64,000 nucleotides of DNA, taken from IMG/VR virus record IMGVR_UViG_3300037010_001382, positions 1 through 64,000 of that record. One strand, 5' to 3'. The notes below the pieces were generated by a model. The model ran no database searches. It had not been told where the DNA came from and saw only the letters and a program-made list of their open reading frames with translations. Within the stretch, counting starts at the first letter, position 1. Each line of letters opens with the position of its first letter. Both the position numbers and the translations under genes were made by a program. Below, piece after piece: positions 39,981-49,910 of the stretch. Source of the stretch: a virus.

Positions 39981-40799
39981 ATGGCAGTTAAAGTATTAAA
40001 GGAAGAAGTAGGTAGTTATTTAATTGGTAGTGACGTTGAATTCTTTTTGAAGAGAAAAGATTCAGAAGAAATAGTTAGTGCTGAAGGATTAATTCAGGGT
40101 ACTAAAAAGGAGCCTTTTAAGTTTGATAAAGATGAACCGTTTTTTGCGACATCTTTGGACAATGTTATGGCAGAGGGTAATATCCCTCCAGCAAGAACTC
40201 CCGCAGAGTTTTATGCTTATGTGGAAAAGTTGCGTAATTACATTGACGCAACGATACCACAAGATTTAATGACAGTAGCAATTCCATCTGCAAGATTAGG
40301 CTTTGAACACCTAATGACAGAGAATTCTCAGGTTTTTGGATGTGATCCATCTCTTAATTGTTGGACAGGTGAGCAGGTAATACCTCAGCCTAGTGGTGAC
40401 AATTTAAGAAGTGCAGGATTTCACATCCACGTTGGTTATGAAGGTCCTAATGCTGATACAAACAGGAAAATTGCGAAAGCAATGGACTTGTTCCTTGGCG
40501 TACCTTCAATTTTGATGGAACCGGAGAATGAAAGAAAAGTTGTTGGCTATGGTTGCGCAGGTAACTATAGAGATCAGAAGCATGGCATGGAGTATCGCTC
40601 GTTGTCATCGCACTTTTCTTCTGAAGAGCGCTTAGTAAAGTGGTGTTTTGAAAGCACTGAAAAAGCTATTGCGTTTGTTAATGATAATAAGATAGAATCT
40701 ATCGATGAGTTAGGTGATACCTTACAGAACATTATTAATACAGAAGATAAGGAGCAGGCAGCGAAGATCGTAGCAGATTTCAATTTGCAGTTAGCGTAA
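39981..40799 (+). CDS. phiEco32-like COOH-NH2 ligase type 2
   Basis: GSDVEFF, DNVMAE, FGCDP, RSAGFHIHVG, YG.AG.YR, EYRSLS. Confidence 0.88.
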   Translation: MAVKVLKEEVGSYLIGSDVEFFLKRKDSEEIVSAEGLIQGTKKEPFKFDKDEPFFATSLDNVMAEGNIPPARTPAEFYAYVEKLRNYIDATIPQDLMTVAIPSARLGFEHLMTENSQVFGCDPSLNCWTGEQVIPQPSGDNLRSAGFHIHVGYEGPNADTNRKIAKAMDLFLGVPSILMEPENERKVVGYGCAGNYRDQKHGMEYRSLSSHFSSEERLVKWCFESTEKAIAFVNDNKIESIDELGDTLQNIINTEDKEQAAKIVADFNLQLA

Positions 40800-40826
40800 A
40801 AGAAGAAAAAAACAGTATTTTTATCA

Positions 40827-41537
40827 ATGATTACTTACAGTATTACTGATTTGGCTGGTCGTAAAGTGCGTCTCGAAAGAGCTGCATGTTACGCCAACCA
40901 TTATTCAAGATTGAAACAATTTAAGGAGTGTGTTGTAGAGGTTCCCGTAATCCATCTGCAGCATCAATACGACAAGGCGATCACATTCACAGAAGAAGAT
41001 TTTGTGGAATATGTTCGTTTGTTGAACGTTATGGGATTCAAGTTCTCTATGAAAAAAGAGAATAATGTCTTCTTATTTACTGTTAATTTTATAGAGAATA
41101 AGAATATTGCAAACAAGATAATCTTGAATGCTATTCGTTATTTGTCTGAAGATTATCTACCTTATGTACCATACTTCTTCTTGAAGTTTGCGAAAGGTAA
41201 GATGTTTGGTGTCAATTTATGGACCAGATTCATGATGGCGCATTATGCCCATGATAATTTCTCTAATAACGGTCATACAATATGCAATGGCGCATGTTTG
41301 CCTAAGATTCTTACCAATGCTATCTTCAAGGAGAAAATATTGGATAATGACGCAGAAATGTATGCATCATCAGTGATACCTCATGGTACTAAACCTATTA
41401 TGGGTTATAATCCTAATTTGCCAGCCGTAGAACGTCACCTTAATTACACAAAGGATTACAAAACATTAATAAAACAAGATGGCCTTTTTAAGGACATTTT
41501 CAAAGAATACAAAGCAGTATGCGTAAGATTTATGTAG
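40827..41537 (+). CDS. hypothetical protein of the amidoligase cluster
   Basis: Paralog of the 38671 C-terminal half. Confidence 0.75.
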   Translation: MITYSITDLAGRKVRLERAACYANHYSRLKQFKECVVEVPVIHLQHQYDKAITFTEEDFVEYVRLLNVMGFKFSMKKENNVFLFTVNFIENKNIANKIILNAIRYLSEDYLPYVPYFFLKFAKGKMFGVNLWTRFMMAHYAHDNFSNNGHTICNGACLPKILTNAIFKEKILDNDAEMYASSVIPHGTKPIMGYNPNLPAVERHLNYTKDYKTLIKQDGLFKDIFKEYKAVCVRFM

Positions 41538-42175
41538 TAGGATCTGTCAATAATTATGCCAGATGGATGGAAGGTGCAATTGTTCAGGATTTAGAAGATG
41601 CTGACCTTGTAGTGTTCACAGGTGGTGAGGATGTACATCCTGACTTCTATGGACAACCTTCTCATCCGCAAACGTACTCGAATAAACAACGAGATCGTTA
41701 TGAAATGAAAATTTACGAAGCTGCAATACAAAAAGGCAAACATATAATTGGGATCTGTCGTGGATCCCAATTTTTATGTGTTGCGAATGGTGGGCATTTG
41801 GTGCAGCACCAAGATAATCCACATTACATTCACCCTATCAATATGTTGGATGGCACTGTGTTAGATATTACATCTACACATCATCAAGCAGCATATCCGT
41901 TTGTTTTGCCTAAAGATGAATATCATATCTTAGGCTGGACAGAAGGAATTTCTCCGTTTCATGAGGATGGCAATAAAACGGAGTTAAATCCTGAAAAGGA
42001 ATGTGAAATTGTTTATTATCCTAAGAGTAAATGCTTAGGAATACAAGGACACCCCGAATCAATGCCTACTTCCCATGAAACAATTGCGTATTTGCGCAAG
42101 TTATTAAATGCCTTTTTAATCAACAAAATTGATATTTATGTCACCAAGGAAGAAAGCAGCGCCCGTAGCAATTAA
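41519..42175 (+). CDS. class I glutamine amidotransferase (peptidase C26-like)
   Basis: TGGEDV.P..YG, RD..E, GICRGSQ, STHHQ, QGHPE. Confidence 0.9.
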   Translation: MRKIYVVGSVNNYARWMEGAIVQDLEDADLVVFTGGEDVHPDFYGQPSHPQTYSNKQRDRYEMKIYEAAIQKGKHIIGICRGSQFLCVANGGHLVQHQDNPHYIHPINMLDGTVLDITSTHHQAAYPFVLPKDEYHILGWTEGISPFHEDGNKTELNPEKECEIVYYPKSKCLGIQGHPESMPTSHETIAYLRKLLNAFLINKIDIYVTKEESSARSN

Positions 42176-43121
42176 AAGACCTCGTAAGGCAGCACCAGCA
42201 GCACCTATCACATTCAGGCCGAAGATTCGTTCTCGTCATCCTTCTCATGGTCATCTGAGAGGCCATTTACCAATGTTACCAGTTCAATCTGTGATCCGCT
42301 TAGGCAGTTCTACACCAATTGAAGGTACTGTTGCGTTAGGTGGTAGGATAATAGAGATCAATACTATCGCAGCAATTGCTAACTCAGCTAATAAAAAGCT
42401 GATGAAACAATGCTTCGATCATGCCGGCGTTATGTCTGCAGATTGGTTCATACGTGATCGTCAAGGTAATTTCTATTTGCAGCAAGGAATAGGAGTAGAT
42501 CCTATACTTACACCGATAGCAGAATTACCTTATCCTTTACTGGCTAAAGGCCATATGGGATCTCGCGGTCGCATGAACCATAAGTTCGAGAACCAGGCAG
42601 AACTGGAAGCTTGGATGCCTCATAAAGATACAAGTATCTATATCTTTGAGAAGTATTACAACTTCACACGTGAGTATCGCCTTCATGTAACAGCTGAAGG
42701 TTGTTTTTACACATGTCGCAAGATGCTTAAGAGAGATGCTGAAAAAGCAGGTGCTTGGCAGCGTCATGATGACAATTGTGTATGGTTTTTGGAGACCAAT
42801 CCTGGTTTCGACAAACCTGCTAATTGGGATGAAATCGTTGAAAATTGTAAAGAAGCATTGCTTTCTACAGAGCTTGATATTGCTTCTTTTGATGTTCGCG
42901 TTCAATCCGCAAGAGATGCGCAGCAGCGTGTTCGTGAAAGATGTGAATTCATCATTATCGAGTGCAATAGCGCAAGCAGCTTAGGTGAATACAGACCAGG
43001 GCAACCTAGTGTTGTAGCAACTAAGTATGTTGAAGTCCTTCCAAGAGTAATATTGAAGAAGGCAAGAGAATACGGTATGATACCTGCAGAAGTAGTTGCT
43101 CCTGTGGCCGTGCCAGCATAG
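42138..43121 (+). CDS. ATP-grasp ligase (RimK-like)
   Basis: ANKKLMK, P.LAK...GSRGR, EKY...REYRLHV, IIECNSA. Confidence 0.85.
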   Translation: MSPRKKAAPVAIKRPRKAAPAAPITFRPKIRSRHPSHGHLRGHLPMLPVQSVIRLGSSTPIEGTVALGGRIIEINTIAAIANSANKKLMKQCFDHAGVMSADWFIRDRQGNFYLQQGIGVDPILTPIAELPYPLLAKGHMGSRGRMNHKFENQAELEAWMPHKDTSIYIFEKYYNFTREYRLHVTAEGCFYTCRKMLKRDAEKAGAWQRHDDNCVWFLETNPGFDKPANWDEIVENCKEALLSTELDIASFDVRVQSARDAQQRVRERCEFIIIECNSASSLGEYRPGQPSVVATKYVEVLPRVILKKAREYGMIPAEVVAPVAVPA

Positions 43122-43141
43122 TAAATTAAAGAAGAAAGAGC

Positions 43142-45580
43142 ATGTGCGGAATCGCAGGTTTCTCAGGCCATAAGGCCCTGACAAAAGAACAAGCAAAAAT
43201 TGCAGTCAACAAAATGAAGATCCTTGGATTGTTTAATCAATCTAGGGGCACTCATGGCTGTGGTTTGTATATCAATGGGACGATAATCAAGGGGATTGAG
43301 GATCTTGTAGCGAAGAAGAATACTAAAGAATTTGCAAAGTTCATTAGCGATCCTGACTTCATATGGCCTGATTTTGATGTTACTAAGGGTAATGTAATGA
43401 TATTACATACTCGTATGGCAACTCACGGAGCACATACAGAAGCAAATACTCACCCCTTTTTTATAAAATCAGAGAACCCAGTCAATAACCTTGTAGGTGT
43501 GCATAATGGTACACTTGACAATGCCTGGGAACTACTGAAAAAGTATGACGTCGATGCTGTAAAAGAGCACATTCATGTGGATAGTAAAGCGCTGTACACA
43601 CTAATTGACCGAGTTGGTCTTAATATTCTTGAAGAATATAAAGGTGCAGCTGCGTTAGTGTGGAGTAAGCCTTCAGATCCTCGTACATTGTATGCGTTTC
43701 ATGGTTCTTATTATAAGGATCGTAAAGACAAACAATTGTACGAAGAACGTCCTATGCACTGGATGAAGACGGCAGAAGGTATATACTTCTCGAGTATGCC
43801 GGAATCGCTTTTTGCGATAAGAGAAAGTGATAAACAAGAAGTTGAAACTCTTGAGTACAATACAGTATTCAAAGTTACTAATGGTAAGTTTACTACTACA
43901 AAAGTTGAGATAAAAAGAGAGAATACTAACTTAAAGCCAGAGTACACTCCTGTACCTGCTAGAGCACAAGTAATCCCTTTCAACGAGCAGCAGACTACTC
44001 CGATGAGTTCCCGCAACGCAAGAACAATCGTAGAAGACACAGAACGCACAGAGCGTATGATCCGCATGAGGAATGCGACTGCAGATAAGAAAGATAAGTT
44101 GCTTAATGTACCTAAATCTTCTCTTGTTTGGCGTGAAACAAAGCCTGCTAAAAGTGTCTCAGTACGTTTGGATGAAATTGTATATTTCTGGAAAGGACGT
44201 TATCACAGAAGTTCTGGTGATAAGTTCTGTAACGGACTGTTATACATTGCTGATCGCGGCGTAATTACAACAGATGCTGATAAAGTAGCAAGTAAGTTCT
44301 ACTTCTATGAAGGCGTACTTATGAAGAATGCTACAGCATGGGAAGCATTAGTACAAGAAGCAAACATGAAAGATTCATGGGTACATGATCTCTCGTCGAT
44401 GTATGCCTATAATATTAGTCGTTTCTCACAACATCCAGTAACCCACTTAGATTCTGAGTGTGTAGATGGCGAAGATTACTTCAGATACAGTTGGTATTTG
44501 GATGAACGTAGAGTAACATCTAAGTATCGTCCATTATTCTCTGGTCGTTGTTATCATATCGATGATGGCTTCTTAGTTACTATCATTCCTAGTAATGGGG
44601 ATGAAAAGAAAACTATAGAAGGCGATCTTGATGATATAGTTACAGCTTTGGAAAACAAGTTCACTGTATTACCTGGAGATGTTTGTTGTACTACACCTGT
44701 AGGATATACTCAAACAAGCGTATTTGACATAGTTTTTAATGATGTACCAACATTGTTTGAAACTTTGAACTATGAGGAAATGGAAGCATTATCACGCTTT
44801 GCGCATGATAAACTGTTAAACGAAAACAAGAGTAACGATCTTGAATGCGTACAGGCTGAAGTTCATTTAACCATTAAGAACGGTGTTGCTTCAAAGAAAA
44901 CAATCAGAGAAGCATTCAACGATCAGGATCATTTACTCAATGGATATTTAAAAGTTATCCTCGATGAGAAAGTTGATACTGTAGAAGCATTAGATGTTGT
45001 TAATACAACTGCTCCATTTAACACAAATGAAGACGATGATATTGATGATGATCAAGTTGGCGATTTGACTCCTGAAGAGCAAAAAGCTGCTGATGATGCA
45101 TGGGCTAAATGGGGTAATTTTCGTGGTGTAGGTTCTGGTAGGCCAAAAGGTAGTGAGGACAGACCAGGAGCTTTGGTCGATGCGGAAAGTCCCTTTCCCA
45201 ACTTGCTCGACGACGACGTTGAAACACAAAACTTTCACGTTGCCCAATTCCTCGGAACTAATGGTGACGAAGAAAAAGAAGACCACTTTGTGGAACACTT
45301 TGAAGCAGACATGGAGCGAGCTTTGGAGTTAAAGAAAATAAAACAACAAATAGCTTTTCTGAAAAGTGATAGTGATAAGGTGGAAGAAGTGATTGATGAC
45401 TTAGGTGAGATTGAGCTTAAAGCGGATGAACTTCGCTTGAGTAAAACTGATCTTGGTAAAGATTGTTCCTTTCATATTTACAAAGGATTAAGTATGCTTA
45501 AACATGCGTTGTCAAATGTGTGTGAAATACATTTTCAGGACGACTTGGTAAAGAAGTTAAATTTAGTAATACGCGCTTAA
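43142..45580 (+). CDS. class II (Ntn) glutamine amidotransferase with long C-terminal extension
   Basis: MCGIAG, RG...G, HTRMATHG, NTHPF, HNGTL, VDS, ERP. Confidence 0.9.
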   Translation: MCGIAGFSGHKALTKEQAKIAVNKMKILGLFNQSRGTHGCGLYINGTIIKGIEDLVAKKNTKEFAKFISDPDFIWPDFDVTKGNVMILHTRMATHGAHTEANTHPFFIKSENPVNNLVGVHNGTLDNAWELLKKYDVDAVKEHIHVDSKALYTLIDRVGLNILEEYKGAAALVWSKPSDPRTLYAFHGSYYKDRKDKQLYEERPMHWMKTAEGIYFSSMPESLFAIRESDKQEVETLEYNTVFKVTNGKFTTTKVEIKRENTNLKPEYTPVPARAQVIPFNEQQTTPMSSRNARTIVEDTERTERMIRMRNATADKKDKLLNVPKSSLVWRETKPAKSVSVRLDEIVYFWKGRYHRSSGDKFCNGLLYIADRGVITTDADKVASKFYFYEGVLMKNATAWEALVQEANMKDSWVHDLSSMYAYNISRFSQHPVTHLDSECVDGEDYFRYSWYLDERRVTSKYRPLFSGRCYHIDDGFLVTIIPSNGDEKKTIEGDLDDIVTALENKFTVLPGDVCCTTPVGYTQTSVFDIVFNDVPTLFETLNYEEMEALSRFAHDKLLNENKSNDLECVQAEVHLTIKNGVASKKTIREAFNDQDHLLNGYLKVILDEKVDTVEALDVVNTTAPFNTNEDDDIDDDQVGDLTPEEQKAADDAWAKWGNFRGVGSGRPKGSEDRPGALVDAESPFPNLLDDDVETQNFHVAQFLGTNGDEEKEDHFVEHFEADMERALELKKIKQQIAFLKSDSDKVEEVIDDLGEIELKADELRLSKTDLGKDCSFHIYKGLSMLKHALSNVCEIHFQDDLVKKLNLVIRA

Positions 45581-45585
45581 TAAGA

Positions 45586-47100
45586 ATGATTTCATATAAA
45601 GACGATCCGAAGCTTAAGCTTCAGGTTGTAACGACAGTTACAGGAGATAAGGAATATCGTAGGAATTGCAAGAATATTGGGCAGAAGTACTACGTAATAG
45701 ATAAGGACTGTTTCTTAGTCGAGGGAAAATGGTACAGGGTGGAGTCAGGCAAGATTGAGTTTGACCACGAAAAAAAAGTGTGGCATTTGAAGACCAAGAA
45801 TAACCTGTCAAAAGGTGTTGTTGGTATAGGCCCACTTGGGGCTTTTGTTTATGGGCAGTTCACACCAAACATTTACAACAATTGTAAAGTGTATGATAGA
45901 CTTACAGGTAACAATGTACTTGCTATTAATAGTGAAGTGTTGCAAACGAATGGCTATTTTGAAGATATCGCAACCAATATCTGGTATTATTCTAAGGAGA
46001 TGACTTCCAATCAGATTAAGAAGATGCAGAGTATCAGAAATGAAGTAAACTTTCAAAATAAAGGTTACAACATTGAAGACAATGCTGTTGAATTTGATCA
46101 GAAGAAGGAGTCATACGCGAATTTTCCAACAGTTATAAGTAAGGAAGCCCGAGCTTATGGTAAACTGCTTGGTGATACAACATTTGGTGCTGAAATAGAA
46201 ACTTCGGAGGGTAACCTTCCTAATTCTGCTCAGTACCGAATGGGATTAGTAGGTTGTCGTGATGGTAGCATTAATTCAGCGGAATGGGTAACTGTTCCTA
46301 TGGCTGGTGCTAAAGGTGTACAAAATCTTGTTGATGTTTCAGAAGTTGTTTCGGCACGTTGTAACATTGACATTAATTGTTCATTACATTATCACTTCGG
46401 TAACATACCAAAGTCGAGAGAATATCTGGTAGCATTGTATACGCTTGCGTATAAGATGCAGGATGATGTATTTAAGATGTTTCCGTACTTTAAAACGGAT
46501 CATCGTGGGATCAAAAAGAAGAATTATTGCCAGAAGTTAAAGAAGATGAGTATTTATGTTTGTAAAGATCTGTCAAAGGAAGGATACGACACTTACATCA
46601 ATGAAATGTATGTAAGGATATTTACTTTTTTATCTGATGGTACTCCGCCAGGTGAGAATGCTAATAGGAAGCGTCAACAACATCCTATTCAGAATAAGTG
46701 GGATCGCAAGTCTCGTTATTTCTGGCTGAATCTGCAGAACATGATCTTTAGTGAACGTGAGACAGCAGAGTTCAGATTGCATACTGCCACTACGAATAAA
46801 GTAAAAATGATCAGTTGGTTGTTTATGTGTAATGCAATCGTTAAGTATGCGGAAGCAAATCTTAAAGAAATCATAACCAACCCTGATAAGATTTCTTTTA
46901 CGAAAGTATTAAAGTATTATGAAAGTCACTTTCCTGATAATAAAATAGCTAAATACTTAAGCGATTATTTGATTTCGTACTACGAGAGCAGATGTGTTGT
47001 ATTTGCTAAGGATTTTGAAAGAAGTGACTTCCTGAGTGAGCATGATATTAAGAGTGATAAGAAGTTTGATTTCGTCTATGACGGTCTTAAGTTGTTATAA
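45586..47100 (+). CDS. putative amidoligase (Amidoligase_2-like)
   Basis: TFGAEIE, DGSI..AEWVT, CSLHYHF, RY..LN, TAEFR. Confidence 0.85.
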   Translation: MISYKDDPKLKLQVVTTVTGDKEYRRNCKNIGQKYYVIDKDCFLVEGKWYRVESGKIEFDHEKKVWHLKTKNNLSKGVVGIGPLGAFVYGQFTPNIYNNCKVYDRLTGNNVLAINSEVLQTNGYFEDIATNIWYYSKEMTSNQIKKMQSIRNEVNFQNKGYNIEDNAVEFDQKKESYANFPTVISKEARAYGKLLGDTTFGAEIETSEGNLPNSAQYRMGLVGCRDGSINSAEWVTVPMAGAKGVQNLVDVSEVVSARCNIDINCSLHYHFGNIPKSREYLVALYTLAYKMQDDVFKMFPYFKTDHRGIKKKNYCQKLKKMSIYVCKDLSKEGYDTYINEMYVRIFTFLSDGTPPGENANRKRQQHPIQNKWDRKSRYFWLNLQNMIFSERETAEFRLHTATTNKVKMISWLFMCNAIVKYAEANLKEIITNPDKISFTKVLKYYESHFPDNKIAKYLSDYLISYYESRCVVFAKDFERSDFLSEHDIKSDKKFDFVYDGLKLL

Positions 47101-47158
47101 AGAAGCCGAGAGTGGATTGGTGTAATGCTGTAAAGCGAGCATGCTCTCACATTCTTTA

Positions 47159-47190
47159 TTTGTTTTTATCATTATTTATTCGTACCTTTG
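47159..47190 (+). promoter_or_regulatory. Bacteroidota promoter TTTG-N20-TACCTTTG
   Basis: Consensus match 6 nt before ATG 47197. Confidence 0.8.
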
Positions 47191-47196
47191 TATCCT

Positions 47197-47682
47197 ATGT
47201 GGATATATAAAGGACAAATAATAGAATCGGCTGAAGATTTACCTAGAGATGTTGTTGGTTTCATTTATGTGATGACTAACAAAGAATCTGGACGTAGATA
47301 TATAGGCAAGAAATACATTTACTCAGAACGTAAGAAATCACTTACGAAAAAAGAGATTGCATTACTTGAGAATAAAAGACTCAAGAAATGGAAAACAGTA
47401 ATTACAGAATCTGATTGGCTTACTTATACTTCATCCTCTAAAGATGTTAATGAAGAAATTAAGAATGGTCAAGAATTCTATAGGGAAATTATCGAATTTA
47501 CTTATAGCAAGATTCAAACTACATATTTAGAAGTAAAACTTCAGTTTGTTTATAATGTTTTGGAATCTGATGAATGGTATAATGGTAACATTAATCATCA
47601 TTGGTTCAAGGGCAACATCGGAATGGATCATGACACCAGAGAGCGTGGAAGAGATCCTCTTACAGATGAAAATCACGCGTAG
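47197..47682 (+). CDS. free-standing GIY-YIG endonuclease
   Basis: GFIYVMTN...YIGKK, ESDW..Y.SS, YLE, YNGNI. Confidence 0.8.
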   Translation: MWIYKGQIIESAEDLPRDVVGFIYVMTNKESGRRYIGKKYIYSERKKSLTKKEIALLENKRLKKWKTVITESDWLTYTSSSKDVNEEIKNGQEFYREIIEFTYSKIQTTYLEVKLQFVYNVLESDEWYNGNINHHWFKGNIGMDHDTRERGRDPLTDENHA

Positions 47683-47839
47683 TGATGCTGTAGAGGATAT
47701 TTATTTAGCAGGAGAAAGGCCACTTATCAGCAATGAGGAAATAAGTGGCTTACAGTTTGAAGATTTAGTCGAGGAGCTTGAAGAAGCTGAGGGGATTATT
47801 TTCAACATTTAAGAAGAAAACAACACAGGAATAATATAA

Positions 47840-48979
47840 ATGCAGGATAGTGAGTATAGGAAAAGGTGGGGCATTAGTCAGAGTGCAATAAAAGACTTCC
47901 AATTTAAGTCACCGAAAAAGTGGAAGAGTATCTGGATCGATCTCAAGTACGATCTAGACAAGAATGAAGATACATTTGTTATGGGTAGTTTAATAGATAC
48001 TCTATTATTTACGCCTAGAGATATGGATTTACGTTTTTATATAGGTGAAGAAAAGTTACCATCAAAAGCAATTGCTTCAATTATTAGAGATTATTATAAT
48101 TCTATAATAAAAGAGAATTTGCTTATAGATGAGATGAATAAAGCAATACCAGTAGAATTACCACATCTCAATTTTGAGTCGGCAATAGGATTACTAGAGC
48201 AATGCGCTAATAGATATTCTTATAAAGATGGTGATGAAGAGAAAGTAGGTTGGAATACTGGTTGGAAAGCAGAAACACGCGTGAGAACGCTGCTCGAAAA
48301 GGGAGCTGATTATTATGCTTCACTTAAGGCATCAAAGGGACGAAAGATCATATCTGCAGAGATGAATCTAGAAGCAGCACAAATATGTGAAATTCTAAGA
48401 GCAGATCCTAAGGTAAGAGATTACTTTGTTCCTAATGAGGATAATCATCTCATGTTCCAATTAGAATTGTATACAACTTATCCATTAATCAATGGACAGA
48501 ATATGCCTCTAAAAGGAGCTTTAGATATCGTTAGGTTTAATCACAAGGATAAAACTGCACAGATTATAGATTTTAAGAGTTCATACTCAGCATTTGGATT
48601 TGTTAGTAGCATTAGACAATTCGGTTATTGTGACCAATTGAGCTATTACGATTTCTTATTAAGAGAATGGATGATTGAAGCTTGTGAAGGTAAATATTGT
48701 GATTATAAAGTATTACCTCCAATGAATATAGTAATAGATATTGCGGATCGAATTCCGTATGTTTATGAATATCAGTGGAGAGATATTGCATTGGCAGCTG
48801 ATGGTAATCGAGAATTCTTATTCAATTTATTTCAAACTCATGACCACAATGTCAAGATTAAGAAAGGATGGAAGAAGTTACTTGACGAAATTGGATGGCA
48901 CTGGCAGAACGATCTCTGGGATAAGCCAAAAGAGTTGTATGAAAACGACAAAATAACAGTTAACTTGCTGAATAACTAA
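47840..48979 (+). CDS. PD-(D/E)xK exonuclease (RecE/Cas4-like)
   Basis: ISQSAIK, GSLID, Q.E, KGALD, IIDFKS, Y..QLSYY. Confidence 0.85.
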   Translation: MQDSEYRKRWGISQSAIKDFQFKSPKKWKSIWIDLKYDLDKNEDTFVMGSLIDTLLFTPRDMDLRFYIGEEKLPSKAIASIIRDYYNSIIKENLLIDEMNKAIPVELPHLNFESAIGLLEQCANRYSYKDGDEEKVGWNTGWKAETRVRTLLEKGADYYASLKASKGRKIISAEMNLEAAQICEILRADPKVRDYFVPNEDNHLMFQLELYTTYPLINGQNMPLKGALDIVRFNHKDKTAQIIDFKSSYSAFGFVSSIRQFGYCDQLSYYDFLLREWMIEACEGKYCDYKVLPPMNIVIDIADRIPYVYEYQWRDIALAADGNREFLFNLFQTHDHNVKIKKGWKKLLDEIGWHWQNDLWDKPKELYENDKITVNLLNN

Positions 48980-48980
48980 G

Positions 48981-49643
48981 ATGATAAGAAACGATGTTGA
49001 TATAAATTCAACTGTTTCTGAATACTACAAAGAAAACATAACGGAATACACTGTTGGGAGGCTGAATAAGACCTCCCATTTTGTTTTGCCTATGATTGAT
49101 CTAAGTACAACAGGAGCGGTTATATCAAGGTATTTAAGGAATGCATTCTTGGACGATGAAGGTATAGAGCATGATTTTACAAGACCAGTGTTCTTATTAT
49201 TCAGAGTTAAGAATCCTAAAGATAAACCATGGACAGATTTCTGCAAAGCCAGTGTAAACAGAGATGCTTACATTACAGACTATTACGTTGGACGCGATAG
49301 TGACAATGCAGATCTGATCATGTTTGTTTTTCAGGTTCCTGAAAAGTGGAGTGACGACTTTGAATTTTACAAGATAGGTCGTTATTCATTGACTTCTAAA
49401 GAGTATAAGAATAAGTTTCCAGAGTTTGTGTTTACTCCATCTGGAGCAAAACGTGAAACTAGAGCTTGGGGAATACTCAATAAAAGTGAGACTCTTAAGG
49501 ATGAAGTAGTAAAACATTTCATTAATCCTGGAACTTCTAAGCCTGAAGATGTCATTTCTCTGCGACGAGAGATGAATACGTGGGATGAGATTTGGGATAA
49601 ACCGATGGAGAAAGAAGAGATATTTCGTTATATCGCAAAGTAA
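48981..49643 (+). CDS. hypothetical protein
   Basis: ORF track; NKT..F.LP and G.YS motifs. Confidence 0.75.
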   Translation: MIRNDVDINSTVSEYYKENITEYTVGRLNKTSHFVLPMIDLSTTGAVISRYLRNAFLDDEGIEHDFTRPVFLLFRVKNPKDKPWTDFCKASVNRDAYITDYYVGRDSDNADLIMFVFQVPEKWSDDFEFYKIGRYSLTSKEYKNKFPEFVFTPSGAKRETRAWGILNKSETLKDEVVKHFINPGTSKPEDVISLRREMNTWDEIWDKPMEKEEIFRYIAK

Positions 49644-49910
49644 AAAATAATATTAAACAATGCAACAGGGCATAATAATAAATTTCCCGTCTTTTAAACC
49701 TGAAAAAGGTATGACTATTAGACCTAGAAGTGGTGCACGAGTTCCATCTGTAGTTAAATACGGATGGAGTACTGCTATAATCTTAAAGGTCGCTGATTGT
49801 ACCTTTGATAAAGGTGTCAAAGAGCTTCGCATTGGAGGTATAGCAAATGGTAAAGAATTTGTCTGTTTAGAATATTCTGATAACATTGAAGAAAAACCAA
49901 TAAATGCGTA

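Noticed and set aside
47103-47150. tRNA fragment (TGGTGTAATG) in a hairpin after the amidoligase gene
   Set aside because: No T arm or anticodon arm; only a short gagagt/gctctc stem
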